A stretch of 64,000 nt of DNA from an uncultured SAR86 cluster bacterium (GCA_902606175.1 CACLEZ010000003.1:45765-109764); one strand, 5' to 3'; positions 45,149 through 56,042 are shown, counted from the stretch's first letter. Program-made: numbers and translations. The notes: a model not told the origin generated them from the sequence alone.

Positions 45149-45622
45149 CTAATTTTTGTTTCTTTCTCTTAATTCTTGAGCTTTTTGACGTTCCCAATCT
45201 CTCGATTTAATCGTATTTCTTTTATCTTGCGATTTCTTACCTATTGCAAGTGCAATTTCACATTTTATGAGACCATTTTTCCAATATAGTTTGGTTGGTA
45301 TACAAGTATTTCCTTTCTGAGAGGTGGATTTAATTATTTCATTTAATTCCTTTCTATTTAGTAGCAGTTTTCGTGATCTAGTTGGATCCATCTCCTGATT
45401 ACTATTCTTCAAAGGATCAATATAACTTCCTATTAGATAAGCCTCGCTATCCTTAAGGAGAGTATAAGCTTCTGCAATTTGAGCATTATTCTCTCTTATA
45501 CTTTTTGTTTCCCAGCCTAAGAGAGATAAGCCCGCTTCAAACTTTTTAGAAATCTCAAAGTCAAATCTTGCTTTTCTATTTTCAGAAATTGTACTTCCAC
45601 TTTTTTTATTTTTTTTTGCCAC
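45149..45622 (-). CDS. smpB: SsrA-binding protein (GTG start)
   Basis: NRKARFD, FEAGL.L.GWE.KS, RKLLL, GKK..DKR. Confidence 0.98.
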   Translation of the reverse strand: MAKKNKKSGSTISENRKARFDFEISKKFEAGLSLLGWETKSIRENNAQIAEAYTLLKDSEAYLIGSYIDPLKNSNQEMDPTRSRKLLLNRKELNEIIKSTSQKGNTCIPTKLYWKNGLIKCEIALAIGKKSQDKRNTIKSRDWERQKAQELRERNKN

Positions 45623-45660
45623 AGTTCGAATCTCAACTTTGTTATAAAATTGTATCAGAC

Positions 45661-46149
45661 ATGAAAGATCATGATGTTTTATTTAGGTCAATCCAAGGAA
45701 TTGCATATATTTCTGTTGGGCCACTAATATTGCTTACCGCTTCTCTATGGTTTACTGATGACGAAACCGCATACATTTTGGCTCATTTAACTCAAATCTA
45801 TTTTTCTGTTCTTATGTTCTTTCTTTGTGGAAGTGTATGGTCATTTCGTGACTATGATAATAGTCACTATAAGAGCAGAATCATTATAATTTCTTTGATA
45901 CCTTTCGCTGTAGCAGTCACAGGAGCTTTTTTTTCATTTTTTATCAATCCTGCATGGGGAATTCTTTTGATGCTAGTCTCTACTTTTACTACACGACACT
46001 TAAAAATTATAAATTCGATGATCTCTTTATTTGATGATTCTTATAACAATTTATTCGATAAAATAAGCATTATCTTGTGTATTTGTCTTGTGTTAATCTT
46101 TACTTATTGGGTTAATCCTTATACTTATCCGCTAGAAATCTATAATTAA
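45661..46149 (+). CDS. Hypothetical inner-membrane protein (DUF3429-like)
   Basis: About 5 hydrophobic segments with a Y..V.M.FL.G..W pattern; start taken at ATG 45661. Confidence 0.6.
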   Translation: MKDHDVLFRSIQGIAYISVGPLILLTASLWFTDDETAYILAHLTQIYFSVLMFFLCGSVWSFRDYDNSHYKSRIIIISLIPFAVAVTGAFFSFFINPAWGILLMLVSTFTTRHLKIINSMISLFDDSYNNLFDKISIILCICLVLIFTYWVNPYTYPLEIYN

Positions 46150-46150
46150 T

Positions 46151-47494
46151 ATGTCACAAGAAAGAAAGTCTATCCATGGAACATGGTCTAGCCGATGGAC
46201 ATTCATATTGGCCGCAACAGGTTCAGCAGTTGGTTTAGGAAACATCTGGAAATTTCCTTACATGGCAGGAGATAATGGGGGAGGTGCTTTTGTATTGGTA
46301 TATTTGGCCTGCATAGCAATTATTGGGTTACCTATAATGTTAGGTGAGATTATGATTGGTAGGAGAGGGAGAAGTAGTCCTGCCAATACAATGAAAGCTT
46401 TAGCTTCGGAGGCAAATACCAATAGTGCATGGACTTTACTGGGTGCAACTGGTGCTGTAGCAGGATTACTAATTTTATCTTTTTATAGTGTTGCTGCAGG
46501 TTGGGCACTTTCTTATGTTTTTAATGGCTTTCAAAACATAACTCCTGAGAGTTCTACGCAAAGTTTCAATACATTACTCGCCAGCCCAACTTCTTTGATT
46601 TTTTGGCATACACTTTTTTTATCTGTGACGGTATTTGTTGTTGCAAGAGGGATCTTAGATGGTCTCGAAAAGTGGATAAATACTCTGATGCCTATGTTGT
46701 TCGTATTAGTTCTACTTTTATGTCTCTATGCAACCCAATCTGGAGCTTTTGTAGAGGGTTTAATTTACTTATTTCAACCTGATTTTAGTAAAATTACTCC
46801 TGAAGTTATGCTTGAGGCATTGGGACAGGCTTTCTTTACTCTGAGTTTAGGTATGGGGGCTATTATGGCCTACGGAGCCTATATGCCAGCTAGTCAAAAT
46901 ATTGGTAAAACAGCAATATCTGTAGCTGCATTAGATACAGGAGTAGCTTTATTAGCGGGTATAGCAATATTTCCAATTGTTTTTGCAAATGGTTTAGCCG
47001 CATCTGAGGGTCCAGGTCTTGTTTTTGTCACATTACCCATTGCATTTAGTTCCATGCCCTTAGGAGTGTTCTTTGGCACCTTATTTTTTGTTTTATTAAG
47101 CATAGCGGCCTTAAGTTCATCAATCTCTCTGATTGAACCCGGTGTAGCTTGGTTGATTGAATCTCTTCGAATTAAAAGAATTACTGCGACTCTTTTGTTA
47201 GGATTTATTGCATGGTTTATAGGATTATTTAGTGCCTTATCTTTCAATTTGCTCTCCGAATTTACTATTTTCGGAAAAAACTTTTTTGATGCCACAGACT
47301 TTTTAACTAATCAGATTATGCTCCCTTTAGGTGGAATATTTATAGCTATTTTTGTTGGCTGGGTTATGAAAAAAGAGAATGTACTAGAAGAGCTTGATGT
47401 TGAAGAAAACTTAATTTTTAAATTTTGGTATTTTAGTATTCGTTATATTTCGCCTGTAATGGTGGGTTGTGTCTTTCTTTACTTTTTTATTTAA
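46151..47494 (+). CDS. Sodium-dependent transporter, NSS/SNF family
   Basis: GSAVGLGNIWKFPY, GGGAF, GQAFFTLSLGMG. Confidence 0.95.
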   Translation: MSQERKSIHGTWSSRWTFILAATGSAVGLGNIWKFPYMAGDNGGGAFVLVYLACIAIIGLPIMLGEIMIGRRGRSSPANTMKALASEANTNSAWTLLGATGAVAGLLILSFYSVAAGWALSYVFNGFQNITPESSTQSFNTLLASPTSLIFWHTLFLSVTVFVVARGILDGLEKWINTLMPMLFVLVLLLCLYATQSGAFVEGLIYLFQPDFSKITPEVMLEALGQAFFTLSLGMGAIMAYGAYMPASQNIGKTAISVAALDTGVALLAGIAIFPIVFANGLAASEGPGLVFVTLPIAFSSMPLGVFFGTLFFVLLSIAALSSSISLIEPGVAWLIESLRIKRITATLLLGFIAWFIGLFSALSFNLLSEFTIFGKNFFDATDFLTNQIMLPLGGIFIAIFVGWVMKKENVLEELDVEENLIFKFWYFSIRYISPVMVGCVFLYFFI

Positions 47495-47495
47495 T

Positions 47496-47825
47496 TTATT
47501 CGGGAATATCGATTTCTCCTTCCCATTTTAACAACTTATTATCTTCGAAGAATAAAGTAATTTTTTGATTGGTATATGTATTCTCACCTTGTGTTACTGA
47601 TGTGAAGTAATCCCATCTATTAGGATAAAAAGTGTCAGATATTAACGGAGTTCCCATGACGAATTTAACTTGAGATTCTGTCATTCCTATCTCAAGTTTA
47701 TCTAACATTTCTTGGTCAACTAAGTTGCCTTGGCTCACCACCACTTGAAAAATTCTAGGTATGCTGCAATTTGTAAGAAAGAGAGCAATTAGTAATAAAG
47801 GGATTACTTTTAACTTTGTGTTCAT
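47496..47825 (-). CDS. bamE: Outer membrane assembly lipoprotein BamE
   Basis: Lipobox, QGN, GMT..QV...GTP, WDY; divergent from fur. Confidence 0.95.
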   Translation of the reverse strand: MNTKLKVIPLLLIALFLTNCSIPRIFQVVVSQGNLVDQEMLDKLEIGMTESQVKFVMGTPLISDTFYPNRWDYFTSVTQGENTYTNQKITLFFEDNKLLKWEGEIDIPE

Positions 47826-47900
47826 TAATTTTCTATTATGGGTTCTAGACCATTATAATATTAACTATTAATTATTCTTAATTATTTAAAGGTACTCAAA

Positions 47901-48305
47901 TTGACAGACGATGCGGAATTAAAAAAAGCTGGTTTAAAAGTAACTCTTCCGAGGTTAAGGATACTTGAGCTCTTAGAAGAAGATAAAGCACACCTGAGTG
48001 CAGAAGATATTTATAGAAAACTTATTGATGCAGGCGAAGAAGTAGGACTAGCAACAGTTTATAGAGTTCTAACACAATTTGAGCAAGCAGGAATTTGCAT
48101 AAGACATAACTTTGAGGAAGGCCATGCAGTTTATGAATTGACCCCTTCTGATCATCATGATCACATGGTTTGCCTAGATACCGGAGATGTAATTGAGTTT
48201 ACAGATGATGTTATAGAAGAGAGGCAAAAGATATTAGCTACAGAGCATGGTTACGAAATCATAGATCATAGTATGGTTTTATATGTAAAACCTATCAAAA
48301 AATAA
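47901..48305 (+). CDS. fur: Ferric uptake regulator (TTG start)
   Basis: GLKVTLPR, GLATVYRVL, HHDHMVC. Confidence 0.97.
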   Translation: MTDDAELKKAGLKVTLPRLRILELLEEDKAHLSAEDIYRKLIDAGEEVGLATVYRVLTQFEQAGICIRHNFEEGHAVYELTPSDHHDHMVCLDTGDVIEFTDDVIEERQKILATEHGYEIIDHSMVLYVKPIKK

Positions 48306-48310
48306 AAATA

Positions 48311-48338
48311 CTTGAATAGGCTGCTTTAAACCCCATAT
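48311..48338 (+). promoter_or_regulatory. Sigma32 heat-shock promoter for grpE
   Basis: CTTGAA-14-CCCCATAT. Confidence 0.88.
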
Positions 48339-48359
48339 AGGGTTTGAACGGAGAAAACA

Positions 48360-48926
48360 TTGAACAAAGATACTGAAGAACAAAACCAAGAAAAAGAAGA
48401 AAAAATTACTGTAGAAGAAGATGTTTCTCTAGATATTGAAGAAAATGACACAATTGAGGTGCCAGAAGAGATTTCCCAAGAAGAAATAATCAAAGATTTA
48501 GAAGATCAGCTTCTACGAGCAAAGGCAGAAGTTCAAAATGTAAGAAGAATAGCTGCACAGGAAGTAACCAAAGCAAGATTATTTGGGGTAGAGTCATTAG
48601 CTAAAGATTTCTTATCCGTTGCAGATAATCTTGAAAGAGCAATAGAATCATGTGGTGAGGAAGAACAATTCCTATCTGTAAAAGAAGGTCTTGAATTGAC
48701 ACTTAAGAGTCTAGAAGGCTCTTTAAACTCCTCAAGTATTGAGGTTATCGATACTAGCGGCAAAGATTTTGATCCTGAAAAACATGAAGCAATTTCATTA
48801 ATAGAAGACGATTCTCTGGATACTAATACGATTATTGATGTTGTGCAAAAGGGCTACACAATAATGGATAGAACGCTCAGGCCCGCAAAAGTTGTAGTTT
48901 CAAAGAAATCTCAAGAAAAATCATAA
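48360..48926 (+). CDS. grpE: Nucleotide exchange factor GrpE (TTG start)
   Basis: DNLERA, FDPEKHEA, QKGY, LRPAKV. Confidence 0.97.
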   Translation: MNKDTEEQNQEKEEKITVEEDVSLDIEENDTIEVPEEISQEEIIKDLEDQLLRAKAEVQNVRRIAAQEVTKARLFGVESLAKDFLSVADNLERAIESCGEEEQFLSVKEGLELTLKSLEGSLNSSSIEVIDTSGKDFDPEKHEAISLIEDDSLDTNTIIDVVQKGYTIMDRTLRPAKVVVSKKSQEKS

Positions 48927-48931
48927 AAAAA

Positions 48932-48959
48932 CTTGAAATAGTATGCATAAGCCCCATCT
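48932..48959 (+). promoter_or_regulatory. Sigma32 heat-shock promoter for dnaK-dnaJ
   Basis: CTTGAA-14-CCCCATCT. Confidence 0.88.
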
Positions 48960-48990
48960 TATGTATTAGAACTTAATTGGAGTGAAAAAA

Positions 48991-50910
48991 ATGGCTAAAG
49001 TAATTGGTATAGACCTAGGAACAACGAATTCTTGTGTTTCGGTCATGGAAGGGGATCAAGCTAAGGTAATAGAGAATTCTGAAGGGAAAAGAACTACTCC
49101 TTCAGTAGTTGCCTACGGGGAAGAAATAAAGGTTGGTGATTCGGCTAAAAATCAGGCCGTCACTAATGCTGAAAATACTTTGTATGCCATAAAGCGTCTC
49201 ATAGGAAGAAAACACGATGACGATGTTGTTAAAAAAGATAGCAATATGGTGCCATACAAAATTCTTGCAGCTGATAATGGCGATGCTTGGGTTGAGGCCG
49301 AAGGAAAAAAATTAGCCCCTCAACAGGTCTCTGCTGAGATTTTAAAGAAAATGAAAAAGACGGCTGAAGAGTACCTTGGGCAAGAAATTAAAGAGGCAGT
49401 AATAACTGTACCAGCTTATTTTAATGATTCACAAAGACAAGCAACAAAAGATGCTGGAAAAATAGCTGGTTTAGAAGTCAAAAGGATTATAAATGAACCA
49501 ACAGCCGCTGCCCTGGCTTATGGACTGGATAAAGGTAAAGGAGATCAAAAGATTGCTGTGTATGACTTGGGTGGAGGAACTTTTGATGTTTCAATCATAG
49601 AAATAGCAGAAATTGATGGAGAACATCAATTCGAAGTTCTATCAACTAATGGTGACACCTTTCTTGGAGGTGAAGATTTTGATATTACCTTAATAGAGTA
49701 CCTTGCAGAAGAATTTAAGAAGGAGTCTGGTTTAGACTTACATAATGACTCGGCTGCCCTACAGAGGTTAAAAGAAGCTGCTGAGAAAGCTAAAATTGAA
49801 CTTTCGAGCAATCAACAGTCTGAAATTAATCTCCCTTACATAACAGCTGATTCATCAGGAGCTAAGCATTTTGTGCATAAACTTACTAGAGCAAAATTAG
49901 AATCCCTAGTAGAAGGTTTAGTTGATAGAACTATACAGCCTACAGAGATAGCTCTTAAAGATGCTGGTCTAAAAGCTTCTGAAGTAGACGAAGTTATATT
50001 GGTTGGTGGACAAACAAGAATGCCACTCGTACAAGAAAAAGTTAAAGCTTTTTTTGGGAAAGAAGCTAGAAAAGATGTGAATCCAGACGAAGCAGTATCA
50101 GTTGGTGCTGCGATTCAAGGTGCTGTCTTAGCTGGAGATGTTACTGATGTGCTTTTATTAGATGTAACTCCTTTGACCCTAGGGATTGAGACTATGGGAG
50201 GTGTAATGACACCTTTGATAGATAAAAATACAACGATTCCTACAAATAAGTCACAAGTCTTTTCAACGGCTGAAGATAACCAAACCGCTGTAACTGTCCA
50301 CGTGTTGCAAGGTGAGAGGAAGCAAGCCACTGAAAATAAAACACTCGGTCAATTTAATTTAACAGATATACCAGCGTCTCCACGAGGAATGCCACAAATA
50401 GAAGTATCCTTCGACCTAGATGCAAATGGAATTCTCAATGTATCAGCCAAAGACAAAGCAACTGGAAAAGAGCAGTCTATAGAGATTAAAGCTTCAAGCG
50501 GCTTATCAGACGAAGAAATAGAGCAAATGGTTAAAGATGCCGAAGCACATGCTGAAGATGACAAAAAGTTTGAAGAACTAGTTCAAGCAAAGAATTTAGG
50601 TGAAAATCTAGTTCATAGTTGCAAGAAAACCTTAGAAGAGGCCAAAGATAAAGTAGAAGATAGTGAAAAGGAAGCTATTGAAAATGGAATTCAGGAACTC
50701 GAAGAATCTTTAAAGGGTGAAGATAAAGAAGAAATAGATAATAAAGTTAAAGCCCTCTCTGAAGCTTCTGCACCTCTCGCACAAAGAATGTATGAGGAGG
50801 AAGCTAAGAGTAAAGAATCTCCAGATCAAGAAGCTCAAGATTCAGATTCAGATGTTGTAGATGCTGACTTTGAGGAAGTAACCGAAGAAAAAGAAAGTCA
50901 AAATTCTTAA
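48991..50910 (+). CDS. dnaK: Chaperone DnaK
   Basis: [25 protein letters not shown]; ATG 48991. Confidence 0.99.
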   Translation: MAKVIGIDLGTTNSCVSVMEGDQAKVIENSEGKRTTPSVVAYGEEIKVGDSAKNQAVTNAENTLYAIKRLIGRKHDDDVVKKDSNMVPYKILAADNGDAWVEAEGKKLAPQQVSAEILKKMKKTAEEYLGQEIKEAVITVPAYFNDSQRQATKDAGKIAGLEVKRIINEPTAAALAYGLDKGKGDQKIAVYDLGGGTFDVSIIEIAEIDGEHQFEVLSTNGDTFLGGEDFDITLIEYLAEEFKKESGLDLHNDSAALQRLKEAAEKAKIELSSNQQSEINLPYITADSSGAKHFVHKLTRAKLESLVEGLVDRTIQPTEIALKDAGLKASEVDEVILVGGQTRMPLVQEKVKAFFGKEARKDVNPDEAVSVGAAIQGAVLAGDVTDVLLLDVTPLTLGIETMGGVMTPLIDKNTTIPTNKSQVFSTAEDNQTAVTVHVLQGERKQATENKTLGQFNLTDIPASPRGMPQIEVSFDLDANGILNVSAKDKATGKEQSIEIKASSGLSDEEIEQMVKDAEAHAEDDKKFEELVQAKNLGENLVHSCKKTLEEAKDKVEDSEKEAIENGIQELEESLKGEDKEEIDNKVKALSEASAPLAQRMYEEEAKSKESPDQEAQDSDSDVVDADFEEVTEEKESQNS

Positions 50911-50940
50911 GTATTCTTCCTATTAGGCTGCAATTAACAG

Positions 50941-52062
50941 ATGTCTAAAAAGGATTATTATGACGTCTTAGGTGTTCAAAGAGGAGCATCTGATGATGAC
51001 TTGAAAAAAGCTTATCGTAAGCTTGCAATGAAATATCATCCTGATAGGAATTCGGATGATCCCTCAGCAGCCGAAAAATTTAAAGAAGCTTCAGAGGCCT
51101 ATGAAGTTTTATCAGACGGATCGAAGAGAAATGCATATGATCAGTTTGGTCACGATGGTGTTGATCCCTCTGGCTTCGGAGGCGGCGGCTCTCAAGGATT
51201 CAATGATATTTTTGGTGATATCTTTGGGGATATTTTCGGCGGAGGTGATCCTTTTGGACGTAGACAACGATCTAATAAAGGTTCAGATCTGCAATATTCC
51301 ATGACAATATCACTTGAAGATGCAGTAAGAGGAGTTACTGAAAAGATAGCTATTCCTGCGCTTGAAAGTTGCAGTCCGTGCAATGGAACAGGAGCCGGTG
51401 AAGGTAGTCAACCCAAAACATGTGACTCATGTGGTGGTGCCGGTCAGGTAAGGATGCAACAGGGATTCTTCTCTGTAGCTCAAACATGTGGCAGATGTGG
51501 TGGTTCCGGCCAAGTTATTAGTAACCCTTGTAAAGTTTGCAAAGGACAAGGAAGAGTTGAGAAACGCAAGACTTTATCTGTAAAAATACCCGCAGGAGTT
51601 GATACAGGAGACAGAATTAGGCTTTCCGGAGAAGGTGAGGCTGGATTAAATGGGGGTCCTTCAGGAGATTTATTTGTTCAAATTAAAGTTTTACCTCATG
51701 ATGTATTTGAACGCGATGGTAAACATCTCTATTGCGAAGCTCCTATAAGCTTTATAGATGCAACACTGGGTGGCGAAATTCAAATTCCTACTTTGGATGG
51801 TAAAGTGAAAATAAAGATACCTGAGGGCACACAAACAGGAAAATTATTTAGACTAAGAGGTAAAGGTATAAGTCCAATCAGAGGAGGTTCTACTGGAGAT
51901 CTACTATGCAGGGCCGTAATAGAAACACCACAAAACCTTTCAAAAGATCAAAAACAACTTCTTAAAGAATTTCAAGCTTCAATCTCTGATAATTCTAAAC
52001 AGAATCCATTAAGAGATGAATGGTTTTCTAAGGTAAAATCATTCTTTGACACTAGCAATTAA
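50941..52062 (+). CDS. dnaJ: Chaperone DnaJ
   Basis: HPD motif, G/F region, four CxxCxGxG repeats. Confidence 0.99.
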   Translation: MSKKDYYDVLGVQRGASDDDLKKAYRKLAMKYHPDRNSDDPSAAEKFKEASEAYEVLSDGSKRNAYDQFGHDGVDPSGFGGGGSQGFNDIFGDIFGDIFGGGDPFGRRQRSNKGSDLQYSMTISLEDAVRGVTEKIAIPALESCSPCNGTGAGEGSQPKTCDSCGGAGQVRMQQGFFSVAQTCGRCGGSGQVISNPCKVCKGQGRVEKRKTLSVKIPAGVDTGDRIRLSGEGEAGLNGGPSGDLFVQIKVLPHDVFERDGKHLYCEAPISFIDATLGGEIQIPTLDGKVKIKIPEGTQTGKLFRLRGKGISPIRGGSTGDLLCRAVIETPQNLSKDQKQLLKEFQASISDNSKQNPLRDEWFSKVKSFFDTSN

Positions 52063-52067
52063 GAATT

Positions 52068-52808
52068 TTGAAAAATCTATTTATTTCAGGAATAACAGGT
52101 AAGGTTGGCAAGCTTTTATCTTCTTATGCTTTAGAAAGTAATCATTTCAAGTTAGTTGGTGGGAGCTGCTCACCCGATAATAACTTTTTTGGAAAAGATG
52201 TTGGAGAATTGCTTGAAATAGACGAAATAGGGATTCAAATATCAGAAAAAATGTCTGAAGATCTTAGTGTAGATATTATTATCGATTTCTCTTCTCCAAA
52301 AAACTCAATGAAAATTTTACAGCTTGCTAAAATAAAGGAAATTCCTATTCTTATAGGAACAACTGGCTTTAGTGAAGATGATTTTAAAGAAATAGAGATC
52401 GCAAGTACTCAGATTCCTGTTTTATTTGCTCCTAATACAAGCTCTGGTATAGCGATATTGAAGAATATTCTCAACAAATCAAAAAACCTATTTTCTGAAG
52501 ACAATGAATTCTCTATAAGTGAAACTCATCATGTCGAAAAAAAAGACTCACCTTCAGGAACAGCATTAGACTTACAAAGAGAGATTATTTCTGTTTATCC
52601 AGAAGCGAAAGTGGCTATAGAAAGCTATAGAGAAGGTAATAATCCAGGGGAACATACAGTAAGTATCACTCTAGATAATGAGATAATAGAATTCACTCAT
52701 AGAGCAGAAAACAGATCAATATTTGCTTTGGGAGCCCTAAAAGGAGCTGTATGGTTAACCGTCAGGCCTGCTGGTCTCTATTCCATGGGCGATATTTATT
52801 CTTCTTGA
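52068..52808 (+). CDS. dapB: 4-hydroxy-tetrahydrodipicolinate reductase
   Basis: IDFS, IGTTG, ETHH..KKDSPSGTA. Confidence 0.95.
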   Translation: MKNLFISGITGKVGKLLSSYALESNHFKLVGGSCSPDNNFFGKDVGELLEIDEIGIQISEKMSEDLSVDIIIDFSSPKNSMKILQLAKIKEIPILIGTTGFSEDDFKEIEIASTQIPVLFAPNTSSGIAILKNILNKSKNLFSEDNEFSISETHHVEKKDSPSGTALDLQREIISVYPEAKVAIESYREGNNPGEHTVSITLDNEIIEFTHRAENRSIFALGALKGAVWLTVRPAGLYSMGDIYSS

Positions 52809-52821
52809 TTTAGTATAAATA

Positions 52822-52830
52822 TGATATAAA
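52822..52830 (+). promoter_or_regulatory. Extended -10 promoter of rpsB-tsf
   Basis: TG-A-TATAAA upstream of the S2 leader. Confidence 0.55.
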
Positions 52831-52858
52831 GCTTTCCTTAAGGCAAGTGCCTATAACG

Positions 52859-52941
52859 AAACACATGAAACTGTTTCAGATCTAAGGTGCTAAGGATTGC
52901 TCATCTTTAGTAAGTTCTGTAAGTTCATGGAAGTATAACCT
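52859..52941 (+). promoter_or_regulatory. rpsB (S2/t44) leader RNA
   Basis: ACAC-ATGAA...TTCAT-GG stem with internal GGTG and downstream TAACC, the layout of the S2 autoregulatory leader. Confidence 0.65.
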
Positions 52942-52978
52942 GAGGAATGTAATGTTCTTCATAAATTGAGGAGAGCTA

Positions 52979-53887
52979 ATGGCTGAAATATCGCTAGAAC
53001 AAATGCTACAAGCGGGTGTCCACTTCGGACATCAAACCAAGTACTGGAACCCAAAAATGGATCAACATATTTTTGGTGTCAGAAATAAGATTCACATCAT
53101 CAACCTAGAGCATACGGTAGAAATGATTAAACCAGCCCTAAAGTTTATTGAAGGAGTCGCTGCAAAAAATAACAAAATTCTTTTCGTAGGAACGAAAAGA
53201 ACAGCAACAGATATCATCAAAAACGAAGCAATTAGATGCTCAATGCCATATGTAAATGAAAGATGGTTAGGAGGGATGCTTACAAACTATAAAACTATAA
53301 GATCATCTATCACCAGGCTAGAAAACCTCTTAAGACAAAAGGAAGATGGAACATTCAGCAAACTCACCAAGAAAGAAGGTTTAAAGATACAACGTGACAT
53401 CGATAGGTTAGAAAAATCTATTGGTGGAGTGACTGAAATGGGCGGCTTACCGGACGCTTTATTCATAATTGATGTCAAAAGAGAGTCTATCGCAGTGACT
53501 GAGGCAAGTAAAATGGGGATCCCCATTGTAGGTATCGTAGATTCAAATAGTAATCCAGAAGGCATTGATTATGTTGTACCAGGCAATGATGACTCCATAA
53601 GATCAATTGCCCTTTTCACCGAAGCGGTTGCAGATGCTTGCTTGAAAGGTTCTGAAGCGGCCACTGGACTTAAGCAGGATGAACCTCAATCTGGGCCTGC
53701 AATTGTTCGTAAAGTTGAGACTAATGAAACAACAGAAGAACCACCTCAGAAAGATACCGAAGTGTCTGATTCAATATCTAATGAAGAATCTGCTGATGAA
53801 TCACAAGAAATTCAAGAACCCACAGAAGATACACCAGAATCAAAAACTTCTGATGAAGACGATAAAGAAACAAAGGACAAGGAATAA
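52979..53887 (+). CDS. rpsB: 30S ribosomal protein S2 with acidic C-terminal extension
   Basis: [23 protein letters not shown]. Confidence 0.99.
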   Translation: MAEISLEQMLQAGVHFGHQTKYWNPKMDQHIFGVRNKIHIINLEHTVEMIKPALKFIEGVAAKNNKILFVGTKRTATDIIKNEAIRCSMPYVNERWLGGMLTNYKTIRSSITRLENLLRQKEDGTFSKLTKKEGLKIQRDIDRLEKSIGGVTEMGGLPDALFIIDVKRESIAVTEASKMGIPIVGIVDSNSNPEGIDYVVPGNDDSIRSIALFTEAVADACLKGSEAATGLKQDEPQSGPAIVRKVETNETTEEPPQKDTEVSDSISNEESADESQEIQEPTEDTPESKTSDEDDKETKDKE

Positions 53888-53889
53888 TT

Positions 53890-54747
53890 ATGAGTGCTAT
53901 TTCAGCTTCACAAGTTAAAGAATTAAGAGAAAAAACGGGTTTAGGCCTTATGGATTGTAAGAAAGCTTTGGAAGAAGCAAATGGAGACATAGATTTAGCC
54001 ATTGAAGAGTTAAGAAAAACTAGCGGCATAAAAGCGAGTAAAAAGTCAGGCAGGTCTGCAGCGGATGGTTTAATCGGCATTACTAATAAGGATAAAGACT
54101 TATTTATGATCGAAGTGAATTGCGAAACTGATTTTGTTGCAAGAGATGACTCATATATAAATTTCACAAAAGAAACTCTTGATACATATTCCAATAATCC
54201 ATCGCACTCGTTAGAGCAACTTTTAGAAAGTGGCGTAGAAGATAATAGAGAAAAATTAGTTCAGAAATTAGGTGAGAATATCGTTGTTAGAAGACTGGCT
54301 AAAAGCGAAGCATCATCTATTAGCGGTGCCTATTTACATAGCAATCATAAAATTGGATGTATTGTCTCTTTAGAGGGTGGAGATGAAGCCCTTGCAAATG
54401 ATATAGCTATGCACGCTGCTGCAACTGATCCTATGGCAGTTTCTCCTTTGGATATCCCAAAAGAGACAGTAGATAAAGAAAGAGAAATATTCAAAGCTCA
54501 ATCAGAAGAGTCTGGTAAACCTCCAGAAATTATCGAAAAAATGATTGAAGGCAAAATATCAAAATTCTTAGCTGAAGTTAGCTTAACCGAGCAAGACTTT
54601 GTCAAAGACCCCAATGTCAAAATAAGTGAACTGTTAGCTGATAATAATGCTAGTATTTTAAGCTTTACAAGGTATGAAGTTGGAGAGGGAATTGAGGTGG
54701 AAAAAGTAGATTTTGCTAGTGAAGTAATGTCTCAGATCGAAGGCTAA
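53890..54747 (+). CDS. tsf: Elongation factor Ts
   Basis: VKELR.KTG.G.MDCKKAL, EVNCETDFVA. Confidence 0.99.
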   Translation: MSAISASQVKELREKTGLGLMDCKKALEEANGDIDLAIEELRKTSGIKASKKSGRSAADGLIGITNKDKDLFMIEVNCETDFVARDDSYINFTKETLDTYSNNPSHSLEQLLESGVEDNREKLVQKLGENIVVRRLAKSEASSISGAYLHSNHKIGCIVSLEGGDEALANDIAMHAAATDPMAVSPLDIPKETVDKEREIFKAQSEESGKPPEIIEKMIEGKISKFLAEVSLTEQDFVKDPNVKISELLADNNASILSFTRYEVGEGIEVEKVDFASEVMSQIEG

Positions 54748-55305
54748 ATGTTAAACGAAATTGTAGAAGATGCCGAGTTGGGTATGGAAAAGAGTTTGAA
54801 TGCCTTGGACGCAGCATTCAAAAAGATCCGAACTGGAAGAGCAACACCATCTTTACTCGATAGTATCAAGGTAGATTATTACGATAAGCTTACTCCTCTA
54901 GCACAAGTGGCTAGCATAAGCATAGAAGATGCAAAAACTTTGGCTATAGTTCCATGGGAGAAGGGTGTTGTGCAACAGATAGAAAAAGCAATCTCTGAAT
55001 CTGATCTTGGTTTAAATCCAGCCACATCAGGAGATACCATTCGAGTAATTTTGCCTGATCTTACAGAAGAAACCAGAAGGGATTTCATAAAAAAAGCCAA
55101 GGCTGAAGCAGAAAATGCAAAAGTATCAATAAGAAATGTCAGAAGAGAGGGTAATTCTCAATTAAAAGAATTCTTGAAAGAGAAGGAGATATCTCAAGAT
55201 GAAGAAAGACAGGGAGAAGAATTGATCCAGAAATTAACAGATACTTTCGTTGAAAAAGTAGATTTAGCATTGAACTCTAAAGAAAAGGATCTCTTAGACT
55301 TCTAA
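54748..55305 (+). CDS. frr: Ribosome recycling factor
   Basis: IRTGRA, LGLNP, LTEE.R, IRNVRR. Confidence 0.99.
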   Translation: MLNEIVEDAELGMEKSLNALDAAFKKIRTGRATPSLLDSIKVDYYDKLTPLAQVASISIEDAKTLAIVPWEKGVVQQIEKAISESDLGLNPATSGDTIRVILPDLTEETRRDFIKKAKAEAENAKVSIRNVRREGNSQLKEFLKEKEISQDEERQGEELIQKLTDTFVEKVDLALNSKEKDLLDF

Positions 55306-55314
55306 TTTTTAAAA

Positions 55315-56040
55315 ATGGAAGGTAGTCAAACTGAAACCTTACCTAAACATGTTGCCATAATAATGGATGGCAATAACCGATGGGCATCAGAGAACAATCT
55401 CCCCGGGGTTGCAGGACATAAAAAAGGTGTTGAAAGGGCAAGAGAGTCGGTAGAATTTGCTGTTCAAAGCGGTCTATCTACACTCACTTTATTTGCTTTT
55501 AGTAGCGAGAACTGGGGAAGGTCTTCAGAAGAAGTTAACCTGTTGATGCAGCTATTAAATACTGCTCTTCAGGAAGAGGTGCCTAATCTAATTAAAAATT
55601 CAGTCCAGCTAAGCTTTATAGGTGATTTGTCTCAATTTGATCAGGAACTTATAGAGCAGATGAAAGAATCAGAAAAATTAACTTATTGCGATACCGAAAG
55701 AAAAAAGTTGGATTTAGTTGTTGCTGCAAGTTATGGAGGAAGATGGGATATTGTCAATGCAATAAATAAACATCTAGATTCAGGATCAAATAAAGAAGTT
55801 ACTGAGGAAAGTTTTGAAGAATTTTTATCGACATCAAAATTTACAGATCCTGATTTATGCATTAGAACTGGCAATGAACTTAGAATAAGTAATTTTTTGT
55901 TATGGCAATTAGCGTATTCAGAATTATATTTCCCTGATGTGCTTTGGCCAGACTTTGATGATCAACACTTCGATAACGCACTCAAAGAATATTCAAAAAG
56001 ATCAAGGCGTTTCGGAGATAAATCCAATTTTCAGCTATAA
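55315..56040 (+). CDS. uppS: Undecaprenyl diphosphate synthase
   Basis: HVAIIMDGN.RWA, FSSENW, RISNFLLWQ. Confidence 0.98.
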   Translation: MEGSQTETLPKHVAIIMDGNNRWASENNLPGVAGHKKGVERARESVEFAVQSGLSTLTLFAFSSENWGRSSEEVNLLMQLLNTALQEEVPNLIKNSVQLSFIGDLSQFDQELIEQMKESEKLTYCDTERKKLDLVVAASYGGRWDIVNAINKHLDSGSNKEVTEESFEEFLSTSKFTDPDLCIRTGNELRISNFLLWQLAYSELYFPDVLWPDFDDQHFDNALKEYSKRSRRFGDKSNFQL

Positions 56041-56042
56041 AG

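Noticed and set aside
47826-47900. Fur box between bamE and fur
   Set aside because: The region is very AT-rich, but no convincing GATAATGATAATCATTATC match was found.
48325-48348. Hairpin AAACCC...GGGTTT as a fur terminator or CIRCE element
   Set aside because: It is a weak stem overlapping the sigma32 -10 box, has no U-tract, and does not match CIRCE.
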